Below are positions 55,789-64,000 of a DNA stretch of 64,000 bases, one piece after another. The DNA lies in the IMG/VR virus record IMGVR_UViG_3300031419_000579; one strand, given 5' to 3'. The notes beneath the pieces were generated by a model. It was not told where the DNA came from and made no database searches. It saw nothing but the letters and a program-made list of their open reading frames with translations. Position numbers and translations under genes: made by a program. The DNA is from a virus. Numbering within the stretch: position 1 is the first letter of the stretch; each line of letters opens with the position of its first letter.

Positions 55789-55906
55789 GTGCCTGCTGGC
55801 CGATAACGCTTGTTAAATCTCAAAAATCGATTCATTAAAAAAAATTGTCAGTTCCATAGTTAGCAGCTACCTTTACTTTGTCTACATCTGGAGTTACATA
55901 TACCCA

Positions 55907-55974
55907 ATCCTGATGTGGCGTAATGAATTGGCATTCATTTCACCCGCTCAGCTCACCATGAGCGGGTTTTTTTT
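55907..55974 (+). ncRNA. Candidate ~70-nt two-hairpin sRNA
   Basis: TTTACT-17-TACATA upstream; AATGAAT/ATTCATT hairpin; ACCCGCTCA/TGAGCGGGT terminator with T8. Confidence 0.35.
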
Positions 55975-56354
55975 AATAAATTACATGTTGCCACTTCGAA
56001 TTAAAGCTACTCACTGCCTGTCCGTGCTGCCCTATACAGCCGAATATCAATCCCGCTACTTGCCGGTACATTAATCAGATTACCTTTCATCAGTACCATC
56101 TCACCGCCATCACTCAGTTTTGTTTGCGATGAAACATGCGAAGGATAACTACATTTCGCCCGGGTTGGTTCAAGCCCCCCAACTCTGTACGCAACTCTCA
56201 CCCACCACCTGCACTAAATCCCTTCCCTTGCACTTTTTCGATACTCCTGCGTCCAAGGAGCAGCGCTTAATGCGCTTGAATTGGGCTTGGTGAAAAATAA
56301 ATTACCTTTAAAGTCATGAGGATGAACCAAAATCGAGAAAACACACACCGATAT

Positions 56355-56393
56355 TGTACTTTTGGTACTTGATATTCATGAACCAATAGTACA
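56355..56393. promoter_or_regulatory. OL operators/pL
   Basis: TGTACTTTTGGTACT (56355-69) and TGAACCAATAGTACA (56379-93) match the OR motif. Confidence 0.8.
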
Positions 56394-56435
56394 TTATCTT
56401 TCCATAAGCACGACGCAGCCCACCGCAAAGTGCAA

Positions 56436-56472
56436 GCTCTTTAACAATCAGGAATGGGGATGATTCGTCCCC
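56436..56472 (+). promoter_or_regulatory. nutL: boxA plus boxB-like hairpin
   Basis: GCTCTTTAACAA then GGGGATGATTCGTCCCC. Confidence 0.8.
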
Positions 56473-56610
56473 GCCAAAGTGCAGTTGGCTTTGGGAAAGA
56501 GAGAGGTGGAGCTTACGGCGCGAGTTTACCGTCGGACCTGAGAAGCCTCTTAAATTCGGAAACGTCACGGGTTCCGGCTCTTTCACCCAAGCCAATTACC
56601 GGAGGTATTT

Positions 56611-56883
56611 ATGAAGGCACGCGAAATCAAAAAGCTGCGTCGAGCCAAAGAGTATCGCTCCAGGAACGCCGCAGAGAATCGTTTTGAGCAGAAGCTTTTA
56701 ACAGCAATGTCTGGCTGCAGCAATCGAGTACTTAAAGCAGTAGAGAGTCCGAGTATTCGCGAAGTGAAAGAGGTTGAATTTGTTACCCGGGAGAACCCTG
56801 AGTACCGGAAGGTGAATAACCCTTACGGCCAGCTTACTAACGCCAGGCAGAAAATGCGCGGGTGCTGCATTCCACTTATATGA
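56611..56883 (+). CDS. N: N antiterminator
   Basis: Basic N-terminal motif; C-terminal RQKMRGCCIPLI like lambda N RQKIKGKSIPLI; first gene after pL/nutL. Confidence 0.85.
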   Translation: MKAREIKKLRRAKEYRSRNAAENRFEQKLLTAMSGCSNRVLKAVESPSIREVKEVEFVTRENPEYRKVNNPYGQLTNARQKMRGCCIPLI

Positions 56884-56891
56884 GGTGAGAC

Positions 56892-57185
56892 ATGGAGAGT
56901 ATAGGTAAATTAGTAGTATCGGTTAGCTTCGATACTACTGAATTAAGAAATCAGATTAATGATTTACGGCAGTTACTTAATTCATCGCTTGAATGCTTTC
57001 CTGACTATATCGTTGAGATGATTCTGCGCAGTCTTCCTGCTGTGCTCGAGGATATCGTCCTGTGTAATAACTCTCCCGCAACCGGCACAGGCCTTGATAT
57101 TGTTCATAGTGTAAGGTTTGGCACGAAATACGAAAGACTCGCTGCCGCAATCAGGGCAAGAAAACTGAGCACGGATACTCTCTGA
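56892..57185 (+). CDS. Hypothetical protein overlapping an antisense ORF
   Basis: GAGGTG RBS; follows N. Confidence 0.5.
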   Translation: MESIGKLVVSVSFDTTELRNQINDLRQLLNSSLECFPDYIVEMILRSLPAVLEDIVLCNNSPATGTGLDIVHSVRFGTKYERLAAAIRARKLSTDTL

Positions 57186-57188
57186 CAT
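56982..57188 (-). CDS. Putative zinc-binding protein (CPDCG...CAGCG)
   Basis: Two CxxC motifs; AAGGA RBS. Confidence 0.6.
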   Translation of the reverse strand: MSESIRAQFSCPDCGSESFVFRAKPYTMNNIKACAGCGRVITQDDILEHSRKTAQNHLNDIVRKAFKR

Positions 57189-57325
57189 AAACCATCCTTT
57201 TCGAATGACTGTGGACTCAGAAACATATCAGTTTCCTTTGACTGTGGAAAGCAGGGAAATCACGCGCCGGGCGTGGCTAAATATCCCGGCACACACATCA
57301 TAAAGGTCGCTTAGGTGGCCTTTTT

Positions 57326-57573
57326 TTTAACAGCGGCGCTGCCGCAAAGATGCGACTCATATCATTAAGTGAGGAATTCATGAAACAAGTAGACGAGTTC
57401 GACCTAAATATCATCGCTGATTTTATTGGGCAGAGCTGGAGCAGCTTTATCGACTTCTGTGCAGAGCGTGCAGAAGACGGAGAATCTGAAGCACAGCGAC
57501 TCTATGAGGCTATCGGCGGCGAAGAGTAAAAACATCGACAAGGATGTCGGCCTTTAACAGCGGCGCTGCCGCA
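57326..57573. repeat. 21-bp direct repeat TTTAACAGCGGCGCTGCCGCA at 57326-57346 and 57553-57573
   Basis: Exact copies; each contains a GCGGC-gct-GCCGC hairpin upstream of an RBS. Confidence 0.9.
57380..57529 (+). CDS. Acidic hypothetical protein (49 aa)
   Basis: GAGGA RBS; MKQVDEFDLNIIADFIGQSW. Confidence 0.6.
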   Translation: MKQVDEFDLNIIADFIGQSWSSFIDFCAERAEDGESEAQRLYEAIGGEE

Positions 57574-57583
57574 GGAGTGAGAG

Positions 57584-57904
57584 ATGAGTGATACCTACCA
57601 AGCAGTTTATGATGCCGTAAGAAGTCGAATCGGTGGCACAGATATTGGTAGTGCGATTGAGAGTGCAATGCGAAGCGAAAATTTCGGACATTACTTTCAA
57701 CAAGCCTGTTATGAGATGCAAAACGCGGCAATTGAACATAGCCGGCCGTGCGTCGTTTTTAAGCCGACATTGAATCAGGACGGCAATGCATGGGTGGCCG
57801 TTTATGGTGACTTGCCAACTGGAGTTGTTGGGTGTGGTGATTCTCCAGCGGAGGCCATGAACGACTTCGACGTTGCTTGGTATAAGTCAGCTAAGAAATC
57901 CTAA
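57584..57904 (+). CDS. Hypothetical protein (HicB-like C-terminal motif)
   Basis: GGAG RBS; DGNAWVAVYGDLPTGVVGCGDSPAEAM. Confidence 0.7.
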   Translation: MSDTYQAVYDAVRSRIGGTDIGSAIESAMRSENFGHYFQQACYEMQNAAIEHSRPCVVFKPTLNQDGNAWVAVYGDLPTGVVGCGDSPAEAMNDFDVAWYKSAKKS

Positions 57905-57953
57905 CAGGCTGCCACATGGCGGCCTTTTTATTGAATGCTGAACAGTTGAGGAG

Positions 57954-58196
57954 ATGGATATGAGCAAAGAAACAGGTGGTCCAGCGTTCCCCTGTGAGTA
58001 TGACCACTACAACAATGACGGTGGAATATCACGTGAAATTGAGCCTGGAATGACCTTACGGGACTACCTTGCGGCTAAAGCTTTGAATGGGATTCTTTCC
58101 GACCCTGATGCGGGCTTGCATGATGATGACCTTAACCGATACGCCGTCATTGCTTATAAGGCCGCTGACGCAATGTTAAAGGCACGCGGCCAATAG
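57954..58196 (+). CDS. Conserved phage hypothetical protein
   Basis: TGGPAFP...GMTLRDYLAAKAL...AY..ADAMLKAR. Confidence 0.8.
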   Translation: MDMSKETGGPAFPCEYDHYNNDGGISREIEPGMTLRDYLAAKALNGILSDPDAGLHDDDLNRYAVIAYKAADAMLKARGQ

Positions 58197-58215
58197 CCGC
58201 ATTAAGGAGGTGAGA

Positions 58216-58422
58216 ATGGAGTGGATTAATTGCAGCGACGCGTATCCAAATGTCGGTCAGGAGGTGTTGATACGAATTCCAGTATGCAGTCATCACAACA
58301 TCGAAAATGGTAAGTATAGAGGTGAAGGTGTTTTCATAGGGGCTTGGTGTAATTCTCGAGGCGTCAGCTGTGCATACAAAGTAACCCACTGGATGCCTCT
58401 ACCGGCCCCACCTTCGGAGTGA
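58216..58422 (+). CDS. DUF551-family protein
   Basis: MEWINCSDAYP...VTHWMPLPAPP. Confidence 0.85.
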   Translation: MEWINCSDAYPNVGQEVLIRIPVCSHHNIENGKYRGEGVFIGAWCNSRGVSCAYKVTHWMPLPAPPSE

Positions 58423-58585
58423 TACCGCAAGCCGTATTCTCGGAGTGCGGCTGACGATGTTACTCACATCATCCATGAGACCTTTGCCCTCCCTGTGAGG
58501 GCTTTTTTATGCCCCATACCAAAGCGCCATTACTCAATGACGCTCCGTTATGCAAACCAATCAAATCATTCACCTGGAGCTACCT

Positions 58586-58723
58586 ATGCAACACGCATTT
58601 GCCGGGGCTATCCCAATGGGTAGCTTCTGGCCTCACACGTCTCAGCTTTCCCGTTTAACTGAACGCCTGCGCCGCATCGGGCGCTGGTTTATCAAGACTC
58701 TCAATGAGAAGGGAAAGCCATGA
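58586..58723 (+). CDS. cIII: CIII-like FtsH inhibitor (45 aa)
   Basis: MQHAFAG...SQLSRLTERLRRIGRWFIKTLNEKGKP parallels lambda CIII; GGAG RBS. Confidence 0.7.
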   Translation: MQHAFAGAIPMGSFWPHTSQLSRLTERLRRIGRWFIKTLNEKGKP

Positions 58724-58830
58724 AACAAATAATCATCACCGCTCGTCGCATGGCTCGAAGGGCTCTTGCGACAAATGACCAGGTTATGTGGGCTGCTGCT
58801 CACAGTCTTATAAAGGGGTGCTATCGATGA
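58720..58830 (+). CDS. Kil-like small protein (36 aa)
   Basis: Overlaps cIII stop as kil does; ARRMARRAL...VMW. Confidence 0.5.
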   Translation: MKQIIITARRMARRALATNDQVMWAAAHSLIKGCYR

Positions 58831-59021
58831 AATTAAGAGTCGAATGTGGAGACATGGCGACCCGCGCCAGCTTCCGGCCAGGAATGATAGTCATCACGAT
58901 GGATGAAGTGATGCTTCAGAATTTTGACAGCAAGGAGTTGCTCGGCCAGATGGATATCAAAGAGGTTTTCGAGTGGCTTAATGAGCAGGGTTACACGGTT
59001 AGCCAGGAGAAAGCAGCATGA
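58827..59021 (+). CDS. Hypothetical protein
   Basis: ATGA-coupled chain of early-left genes. Confidence 0.65.
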   Translation: MKLRVECGDMATRASFRPGMIVITMDEVMLQNFDSKELLGQMDIKEVFEWLNEQGYTVSQEKAA

Positions 59022-59176
59022 CACTGGAAGATATCGATGCAGATGAATGTTTCATTAGCATGATGAGCGCAATCATCGAACCTATGACATTCGAACTGGC
59101 GCAGCAGGAAGCTAACGCCGATTACCGCACGGAACAGCAGGCAGAGCGAATGGGAGTTAACTATGGAGGTCTATAA
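59018..59176 (+). CDS. Hypothetical protein (52 aa)
   Basis: ATGA-coupled; acidic. Confidence 0.55.
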   Translation: MTLEDIDADECFISMMSAIIEPMTFELAQQEANADYRTEQQAERMGVNYGGL

Positions 59177-59777
59177 GGCAATCAGCGCAGTAGCAAAGGA
59201 GATGGCTGAACAGGGCATCAGCAAGGACCGCGAGAACCGGCAGCAAGGGTTTAGCTTTAGAGGTATTGACCAGGTTTATAACGCGCTGGCTCCAATGCTG
59301 GCGAAGCATGGACTTGTCATCCTTCCGCGCATCACCGAGAGAACCGTGACAGAGCGAACCACGAAGACTGGCGGCGTCTTGTTCTATGTTGTGGTTAAGG
59401 CCGAGTTTGATTTCGTCGCCACTGAAGATGGAAGTAAGCACACGGTTATCACCTATGGTGAAGCCATGGATAGCGGCGATAAGGCCACCAACAAAGCAAT
59501 GTCTATCGCTTATAAGTACGCGGCATTTCAGGCGTTCTGCATTCCTACCGAGCAGACCGCAATCGATGCTGACGCTGAAGTACACCACGTAGCGGCGCGT
59601 TCACATGATGACATTCTTGCTGACTTCACTGCGCAGGCGGCAGAGTGCTCAACGCTTGACGACCTCAAGGGAATTTATAAACCAGCCTGGAATGCACTTG
59701 CTTCCTCAGCTGATCATCAACAGAAGTGCGTCGAAGTGTTTAAAACCCGTGGCGCAGAACTTAGCAAGGCGGCATAA
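59163..59777 (+). CDS. erf: ERF-family ssDNA annealing protein
   Basis: I.KDREN.QQGFSFRGID...GEAMDSGDKATNKAMSIAYKYA. Confidence 0.92.
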   Translation: MEVYKAISAVAKEMAEQGISKDRENRQQGFSFRGIDQVYNALAPMLAKHGLVILPRITERTVTERTTKTGGVLFYVVVKAEFDFVATEDGSKHTVITYGEAMDSGDKATNKAMSIAYKYAAFQAFCIPTEQTAIDADAEVHHVAARSHDDILADFTAQAAECSTLDDLKGIYKPAWNALASSADHQQKCVEVFKTRGAELSKAA

Positions 59778-60245
59778 ATGACCCATTTAAGCGGCATGCT
59801 CGATAGATTTCACAGCGGCTATGAAAAATGCCCGACAAGCGGCTGCTGGAACTCCAAAAAGGCCAATAACAAAGGAGGCTATACAAAGTTTGTAGCCTTT
59901 GGTCGAACGCTTCTTTTTCATCGCGTCTCATACGAGCTTTATCATGGACCAATCCCCGGCACCATGATGGTTTGCCATAGGTGTGATAACCCCGCATGTG
60001 TAAATCCTGACCATTTATTCCTTGGGACGGCCCAAGACAACATGGACGACAAGATTGCAAAGGGTCGTCATAAAGGAGCGCAGGGAGGGGAGCGACATCC
60101 TGGCTCAAAGTTAACTTCATGGCAAGTGAGTGAGCTGAGAGCCCGTCTTAGCCGGGGAGAAAACCAATACTCGTTAGCTAAAGAGTTCGGTGTTTCTCAG
60201 TCAATAATCAGCAACATCAAAACAGGGAAAAGGTGGTCATTATGA
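59778..60245 (+). CDS. Free-standing HNH endonuclease
   Basis: [35 protein letters not shown]. Confidence 0.92.
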   Translation: MTHLSGMLDRFHSGYEKCPTSGCWNSKKANNKGGYTKFVAFGRTLLFHRVSYELYHGPIPGTMMVCHRCDNPACVNPDHLFLGTAQDNMDDKIAKGRHKGAQGGERHPGSKLTSWQVSELRARLSRGENQYSLAKEFGVSQSIISNIKTGKRWSL

Positions 60246-60697
60246 GTTCTCGCGGCGTTAATAAAGTCATCCTGGTCGGCAACCTTGGTCAGGACCCTGA
60301 AATTCGATACATGCCAAATGGCGGCGCGGTCGCAAACATCACACTGGCTACTTCGGAGTCGTGGCGGGATAAGCAATCGGGCGAAACAAAAGAAAAGACA
60401 GAGTGGCATCGCGTGGTGCTGTTCGGAAAGCTGGCAGAAGTGGCGGGCGAATACCTTCGTAAAGGCTCACAAATCTACATTGAGGGTAAGCTGACAACAC
60501 GCAAATGGACAGACCAGGCTGGCGTCGAAAAGTATACAACCGAGATTCATGTAAACGTTGGCGGCACCATGCAGATGCTTGGAGGAAAGCAGCAGGAATC
60601 TGAATCAGGCCAAGCAAAGCCCGCTGCGAAAAATCGTCCACCGCAGCAATTTAATAATGAGCCGCCAATGGATTTTGATGATGATATTCCTTTCTGA
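60242..60697 (+). CDS. ssb: Single-stranded DNA-binding protein
   Basis: [23 protein letters not shown]...DFDDDIPF. Confidence 0.97.
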   Translation: MSSRGVNKVILVGNLGQDPEIRYMPNGGAVANITLATSESWRDKQSGETKEKTEWHRVVLFGKLAEVAGEYLRKGSQIYIEGKLTTRKWTDQAGVEKYTTEIHVNVGGTMQMLGGKQQESESGQAKPAAKNRPPQQFNNEPPMDFDDDIPF

Positions 60698-60710
60698 GAA
60701 TGGAGAAGTA

Positions 60711-61259
60711 ATGAAGCACCTTATGATTGACCTCGAAACAATGGGCAACCGCCCTTATGCGCCGATCATTTCAATTGGCGCAGTATTCTTCGAACCTTCT
60801 TCTGGTGAAACCGGGAGTGAACTATCGATAAATATTTCACTTGATTCATCTATGCGGCATCGCGCACGACCAGATGCCGCGACGATTATTTGGTGGATGG
60901 AGCAAAGTGCAGATGCCAGAGCATCCCTGACCTCAGATACCGTTTCTTTACCAGACGCACTTATATCTCTGACTGAATTCATCAGCAAGCACGCAAACCC
61001 TAAATTCCTTCAGGTGTGGGGTAATGGCGCTTCATTCGACTGCGTTATTTTGCGCAACAGTTATGAGTTATGCGGTATTGATTCGCCTTGGCAGTGGTGG
61101 AATGACCGCGATGTCAGAACAATTGTTGAAATGGGCAAAGCCGTCGGATTCGACCCGAAACGCGATATGCCATTTGATGGCGTCCGACACAATGCTTTAG
61201 CCGATGCAGTTCACCAGGCGAAGTACGTCTCTGCAATCTGGCAAAAGCTGATTAGTTAA
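60711..61259 (+). CDS. DEDDh 3'-5' exonuclease (Exo VIII C-terminal-like)
   Basis: LMIDLET, VWGNGASFD, RDVRT, HNALADA. Confidence 0.92.
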   Translation: MKHLMIDLETMGNRPYAPIISIGAVFFEPSSGETGSELSINISLDSSMRHRARPDAATIIWWMEQSADARASLTSDTVSLPDALISLTEFISKHANPKFLQVWGNGASFDCVILRNSYELCGIDSPWQWWNDRDVRTIVEMGKAVGFDPKRDMPFDGVRHNALADAVHQAKYVSAIWQKLIS

Positions 61260-61285
61260 CTCCCCTTCCCCGCAGGTAAACCACA

Positions 61286-61639
61286 ATGCCAAATCTGACA
61301 CCTCAACAGGAGGCGTATTGCTCACGCCTGCCTGAAAGTAATCGCGCCTGGTATCGGTTAAGAGCATCAAGGATGACTGAGGCGCAAAGAGAGCTTGAGA
61401 GGATGACATGGGAGGTTATGAAAGCTGTTGAATGTGATAGCTGTGGGGAGCCACATAAGCGATTAACAACGATGGTTGATCGTACCCGGGAGCGGTACAC
61501 AAGGATGTACGCAGAGCAGGCGGCTTTCTGGCCTAAGCAACCCAAAATCATCGTCACTCAGCCAGTCGATATTGCGAAAACTTATCGCGACTACACAGAT
61601 ATTCGGTTTGGTCTCGGCGGCGCTGTTCGACAGGAATAG
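61286..61639 (+). CDS. Hypothetical protein
   Basis: Intact ORF in early-left region. Confidence 0.55.
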   Translation: MPNLTPQQEAYCSRLPESNRAWYRLRASRMTEAQRELERMTWEVMKAVECDSCGEPHKRLTTMVDRTRERYTRMYAEQAAFWPKQPKIIVTQPVDIAKTYRDYTDIRFGLGGAVRQE

Positions 61640-61678
61640 CCATGAGTGCTTGTTTAATCTAAATAACGGAGCTATGAG

Positions 61679-62068
61679 ATGAGTATTAACACAGTTGAAT
61701 ATGCCAATCAGTTGCTGGCTGAGAATGCGGATTTGAAGAAGCAGGTGCAGGAACTAAAGTCCCGCCTGCAATTGGTCAGCGAGTTAAGCGATGCGGCAGC
61801 AGCCCTGCACGTTGAAGCTGAAAAGCAGGTGCAGGCGCTGGCGGCTGAGCGTGATGAAGCTATCAATAGCCACCGCAACCATGCAGCCAGGCTAATTGAT
61901 GAGCGTGGTCAACTGCGACAGCGACTGGTAGCAGCAGAAGCACAAATCAAGGAGCTTACCGCCGACCTCGACAAAGAGTCAGAGATACGTCACCGCATTC
62001 ATGAAGAGCTGAACGCGATTAAGGGTGTACAGCAGCCTGTTTATCAAATTATCGATGATGGCAACTGA
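61679..62068 (+). CDS. Ead/Ea22-like coiled-coil protein, probably truncated by downstream insertion
   Basis: Coiled coil; ends abruptly at QPVYQIIDDGN* where the AT-rich block begins. Confidence 0.55.
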   Translation: MSINTVEYANQLLAENADLKKQVQELKSRLQLVSELSDAAAALHVEAEKQVQALAAERDEAINSHRNHAARLIDERGQLRQRLVAAEAQIKELTADLDKESEIRHRIHEELNAIKGVQQPVYQIIDDGN

Positions 62069-62394
62069 TAGGGGCCTAAGGCTCAATCGTGCGAAAATGC
62101 ACGTTGAGTATATTTTTTGAACGATCCTGTTAGATTAGGTTTTTAGATATGCGGTTGAAAGTGCCCTGAAAATTCGAAAACAACTCTAACCTAACGGTAT
62201 TTGAGCTTTATCCTTGTGTCAGTCTGATGTAAAGCCCAGCTTGGCATAAAATAAATCGAAATAATTATATTAACTTTATATACTTTAGTGAATAATAATA
62301 GAGAGTTTATGATTATGATGAGTTACTTATCATGAAAAATCAGAAACTCATGGAATTCGATTCAGAAAGGTAAAATGACCAAGGATAATAAGCT

Positions 62395-63051
62395 ATGAGT
62401 ATTTCGAAAGAGACTGCTGTTCACTTTGGTAAGACGCTGAGGGCTAAAGATGGGGGGCATCGTTTAACTCGTGATAACTATTGCCGAATAAACACAAAAA
62501 GTTCGTTTGGAAATGGTCGTGTCTATACAGATGAATGGTGCCAAAAGCACATTGAAAAATGCATGATCAATTTTGATAAAAACATAGATTATTTCAATAA
62601 TCTAAATAGAGATGATTTTGCTATAGATATAAATAACTTCATAAAAAATAACCTTTGTTTTCATGAAGTGAAAAATATTTCTGACTGTAATGGTCTAAGT
62701 GGTTGTTATGTGATGGTCCTTGATGAATATTGCCAAGTGTATGTTGGCATCAGTAAAAATATAGCACAGCGGATAAGTGTACATTGGTCAAAGACAAAAG
62801 AGTTTGATCGTCTTATTTATGGCGATGTTAATACATCTAAAATATCTATTGACTCTTTTCGGGCGCTTGATACAACTCGATTATTTATATTTGCATCACA
62901 CAACGATGATGAGCTTGTTAAAATAGAGGATGAAATCATGGATCAATTTGATCCTAAATTCATTTCAAATCGCATATACGGAGGTACTATTGATGGAGGT
63001 TTGTCTGAAGTTCGTACTGGTCTTATTGCTAAATTGCGATCATTAATGTGA
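62395..63051 (+). CDS. GIY-YIG nuclease moron
   Basis: GCYVM...VYVGISKNIAQRISVH, conserved Glu (KIEDE) and Asn (ISNR); AT-rich; AAGGA RBS. Confidence 0.85.
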   Translation: MSISKETAVHFGKTLRAKDGGHRLTRDNYCRINTKSSFGNGRVYTDEWCQKHIEKCMINFDKNIDYFNNLNRDDFAIDINNFIKNNLCFHEVKNISDCNGLSGCYVMVLDEYCQVYVGISKNIAQRISVHWSKTKEFDRLIYGDVNTSKISIDSFRALDTTRLFIFASHNDDELVKIEDEIMDQFDPKFISNRIYGGTIDGGLSEVRTGLIAKLRSLM

Positions 63052-63069
63052 TTTTGGTTAAAAAACGTA

Positions 63070-63096
63070 CCAAGCGTGCGCTTTCGTACGCTTGGG
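63070..63096. terminator. Strong hairpin after GIY-YIG gene
   Basis: CCAAGCGTGCG-cttt-CGTACGCTTGG. Confidence 0.55.
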
Positions 63097-63317
63097 CTTC
63101 AGCCCCTTGGTACGATACTGAAAAAAAATATCTCTGAAATATTGCGCTTGCACGTGGTGGCAAGTGCCGAATTTTTTACGCCGCCGCCATATCGCAATGC
63201 CTGAGAAGGCGATGAGGTTGCCAAAGTTGTGTATGAGATTAAATCATTACAGAGCAAGAGCGCCTGGCACTTATTTCTCGTTGCAAGTTTCATTTAAAAA
63301 GCGGCCTAACTTTCATT

Positions 63318-63524
63318 ATGGATGATGAGGATATCTACCGCATCGCCCTGTCAGCGCTACAGGATAAACCAGCAGTGCCAGATGGCTGGAAACTTGTGCC
63401 GATTACCGCCAATATGGATACAGTTAATGCAGGGTATCGCGCCATTCAGGCTGGATGCGAGCCGGAAGGTATTTTCGCAGACATGATTTCAGCATCCTCT
63501 ACTCCAGGAGGTGAACTTGACTAA
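63318..63524 (+). CDS. C-terminal fragment-like ORF of Ead/DUF551-type phage gene
   Basis: RIALSAL...VPDGWKLVP motif usually internal to longer proteins. Confidence 0.5.
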   Translation: MDDEDIYRIALSALQDKPAVPDGWKLVPITANMDTVNAGYRAIQAGCEPEGIFADMISASSTPGGELD

Positions 63525-63652
63525 ACGCACAGCATGGCTGGCAGTGTTCATACTCTGCGCCCTGTTCTGGTCTCTCATCGCTTACATAATTATCTATTAG
63601 CACACTAACCACCCTCCCCGACTGACGGTATACTCCGATAAGGAGGACACCC

Positions 63653-63895
63653 ATGTCTCATAACTTAGCAGCAAGAAGCAAAGAAGAACGCGAGCGGATT
63701 AACGTGGACTTAGCCGCGTCTGGTGTGGCATACAAAGAGCGGATGAATCTGCCGGTGCTGGCATTTGAGGTACAAAATCAGCAGCCTGCACACCTGCAGG
63801 ATTACTTTGTAGAGCGGCTGCAATTTTACCGTCAGGAGTCGTCTAAATATCCACGAGGAACTGACCCGGTTTACGCGAAGGAGGAAGGTAAGTGA
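63653..63895 (+). CDS. holE: DNA polymerase III theta homolog (HolE/Hot-like)
   Basis: MSHNLAARSKEERERINVDLAASGVAYKERMNLPV...ERLQFYR. Confidence 0.92.
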   Translation: MSHNLAARSKEERERINVDLAASGVAYKERMNLPVLAFEVQNQQPAHLQDYFVERLQFYRQESSKYPRGTDPVYAKEEGK

Positions 63896-64000
63896 ATGAA
63901 GAAGAATTTTGTGACTACCTGATTGTCGGTGGACAAAGGCATGGTGAGGTTATCCAATGGCAGCAAGTGGAAGATGAGTTATTCCTTTCAAACATCAACC
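63892..64000 (+). CDS. 5' part of hypothetical protein, truncated by window end
   Basis: GTGA overlap with holE stop, AGGAAGG RBS, open to window edge. Confidence 0.5.
   Translation, partial: MNEEEFCDYLIVGGQRHGEVIQWQQVEDELFLSNIN

Larger units (their letters stand above)
14658..64000. mobile_element. Apparently intact lambdoid siphovirus prophage; int/xis end beyond window
   Basis: Complete head, tail, lysis, Q, nin, replication, immunity and early-left modules in lambdoid order; no lesions seen in core genes. Confidence 0.93.

Noticed and set aside
56135-56200. tRNA gene suggested by GGTTCAAGCCC
   Set aside because: No T-stem, D-arm or acceptor stem could be built around the T-loop-like sequence.

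Overview
No host housekeeping genes: the whole window is enterobacterial prophage DNA forming a tandem prophage array of three elements. (1) 1-~11224: a decaying P2/186-like prophage (cI, cox, cII, A, ori, cos, Q, 3' part of P). Its replication and packaging genes carry stops or frameshifts. It still has an intact membrane-anchored WYL gene behind cI and an intact AT-rich two-gene cassette in the cos-portal hotspot (ParB-like domain fused to an ABC ATPase, plus a TOPRIM-type partner). That cassette is the best candidate for an undescribed or variant anti-phage system. (2) ~11225-14683: a scrambled lambdoid remnant with a terL fragment fused to P2 gene P, an 8-bp VNTR, an apparently inverted late block with an intact HEPN-like gene, and an integrase 3' end. 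It ends at an att core that, from memory, matches the 3' end of the SdsR/RyeB sRNA. (3) 14658->64000: an apparently intact lambdoid siphovirus prophage whose right end lies outside the window. It has gtrABC, two receptor-binding modules (tailspike, and an SGNH-esterase fibre in an unusual position), HK022-like cI/cro/operators combined with lambda-type N and nut sites, and a structured-RNA-rich late leader including a C4-like RNA. It also has a two-gene DUF1828-type cassette in the rexAB position, a GIY-YIG moron, UmuD'-like and HolE-like genes. All family assignments come from motif recognition by eye; no database search was run.
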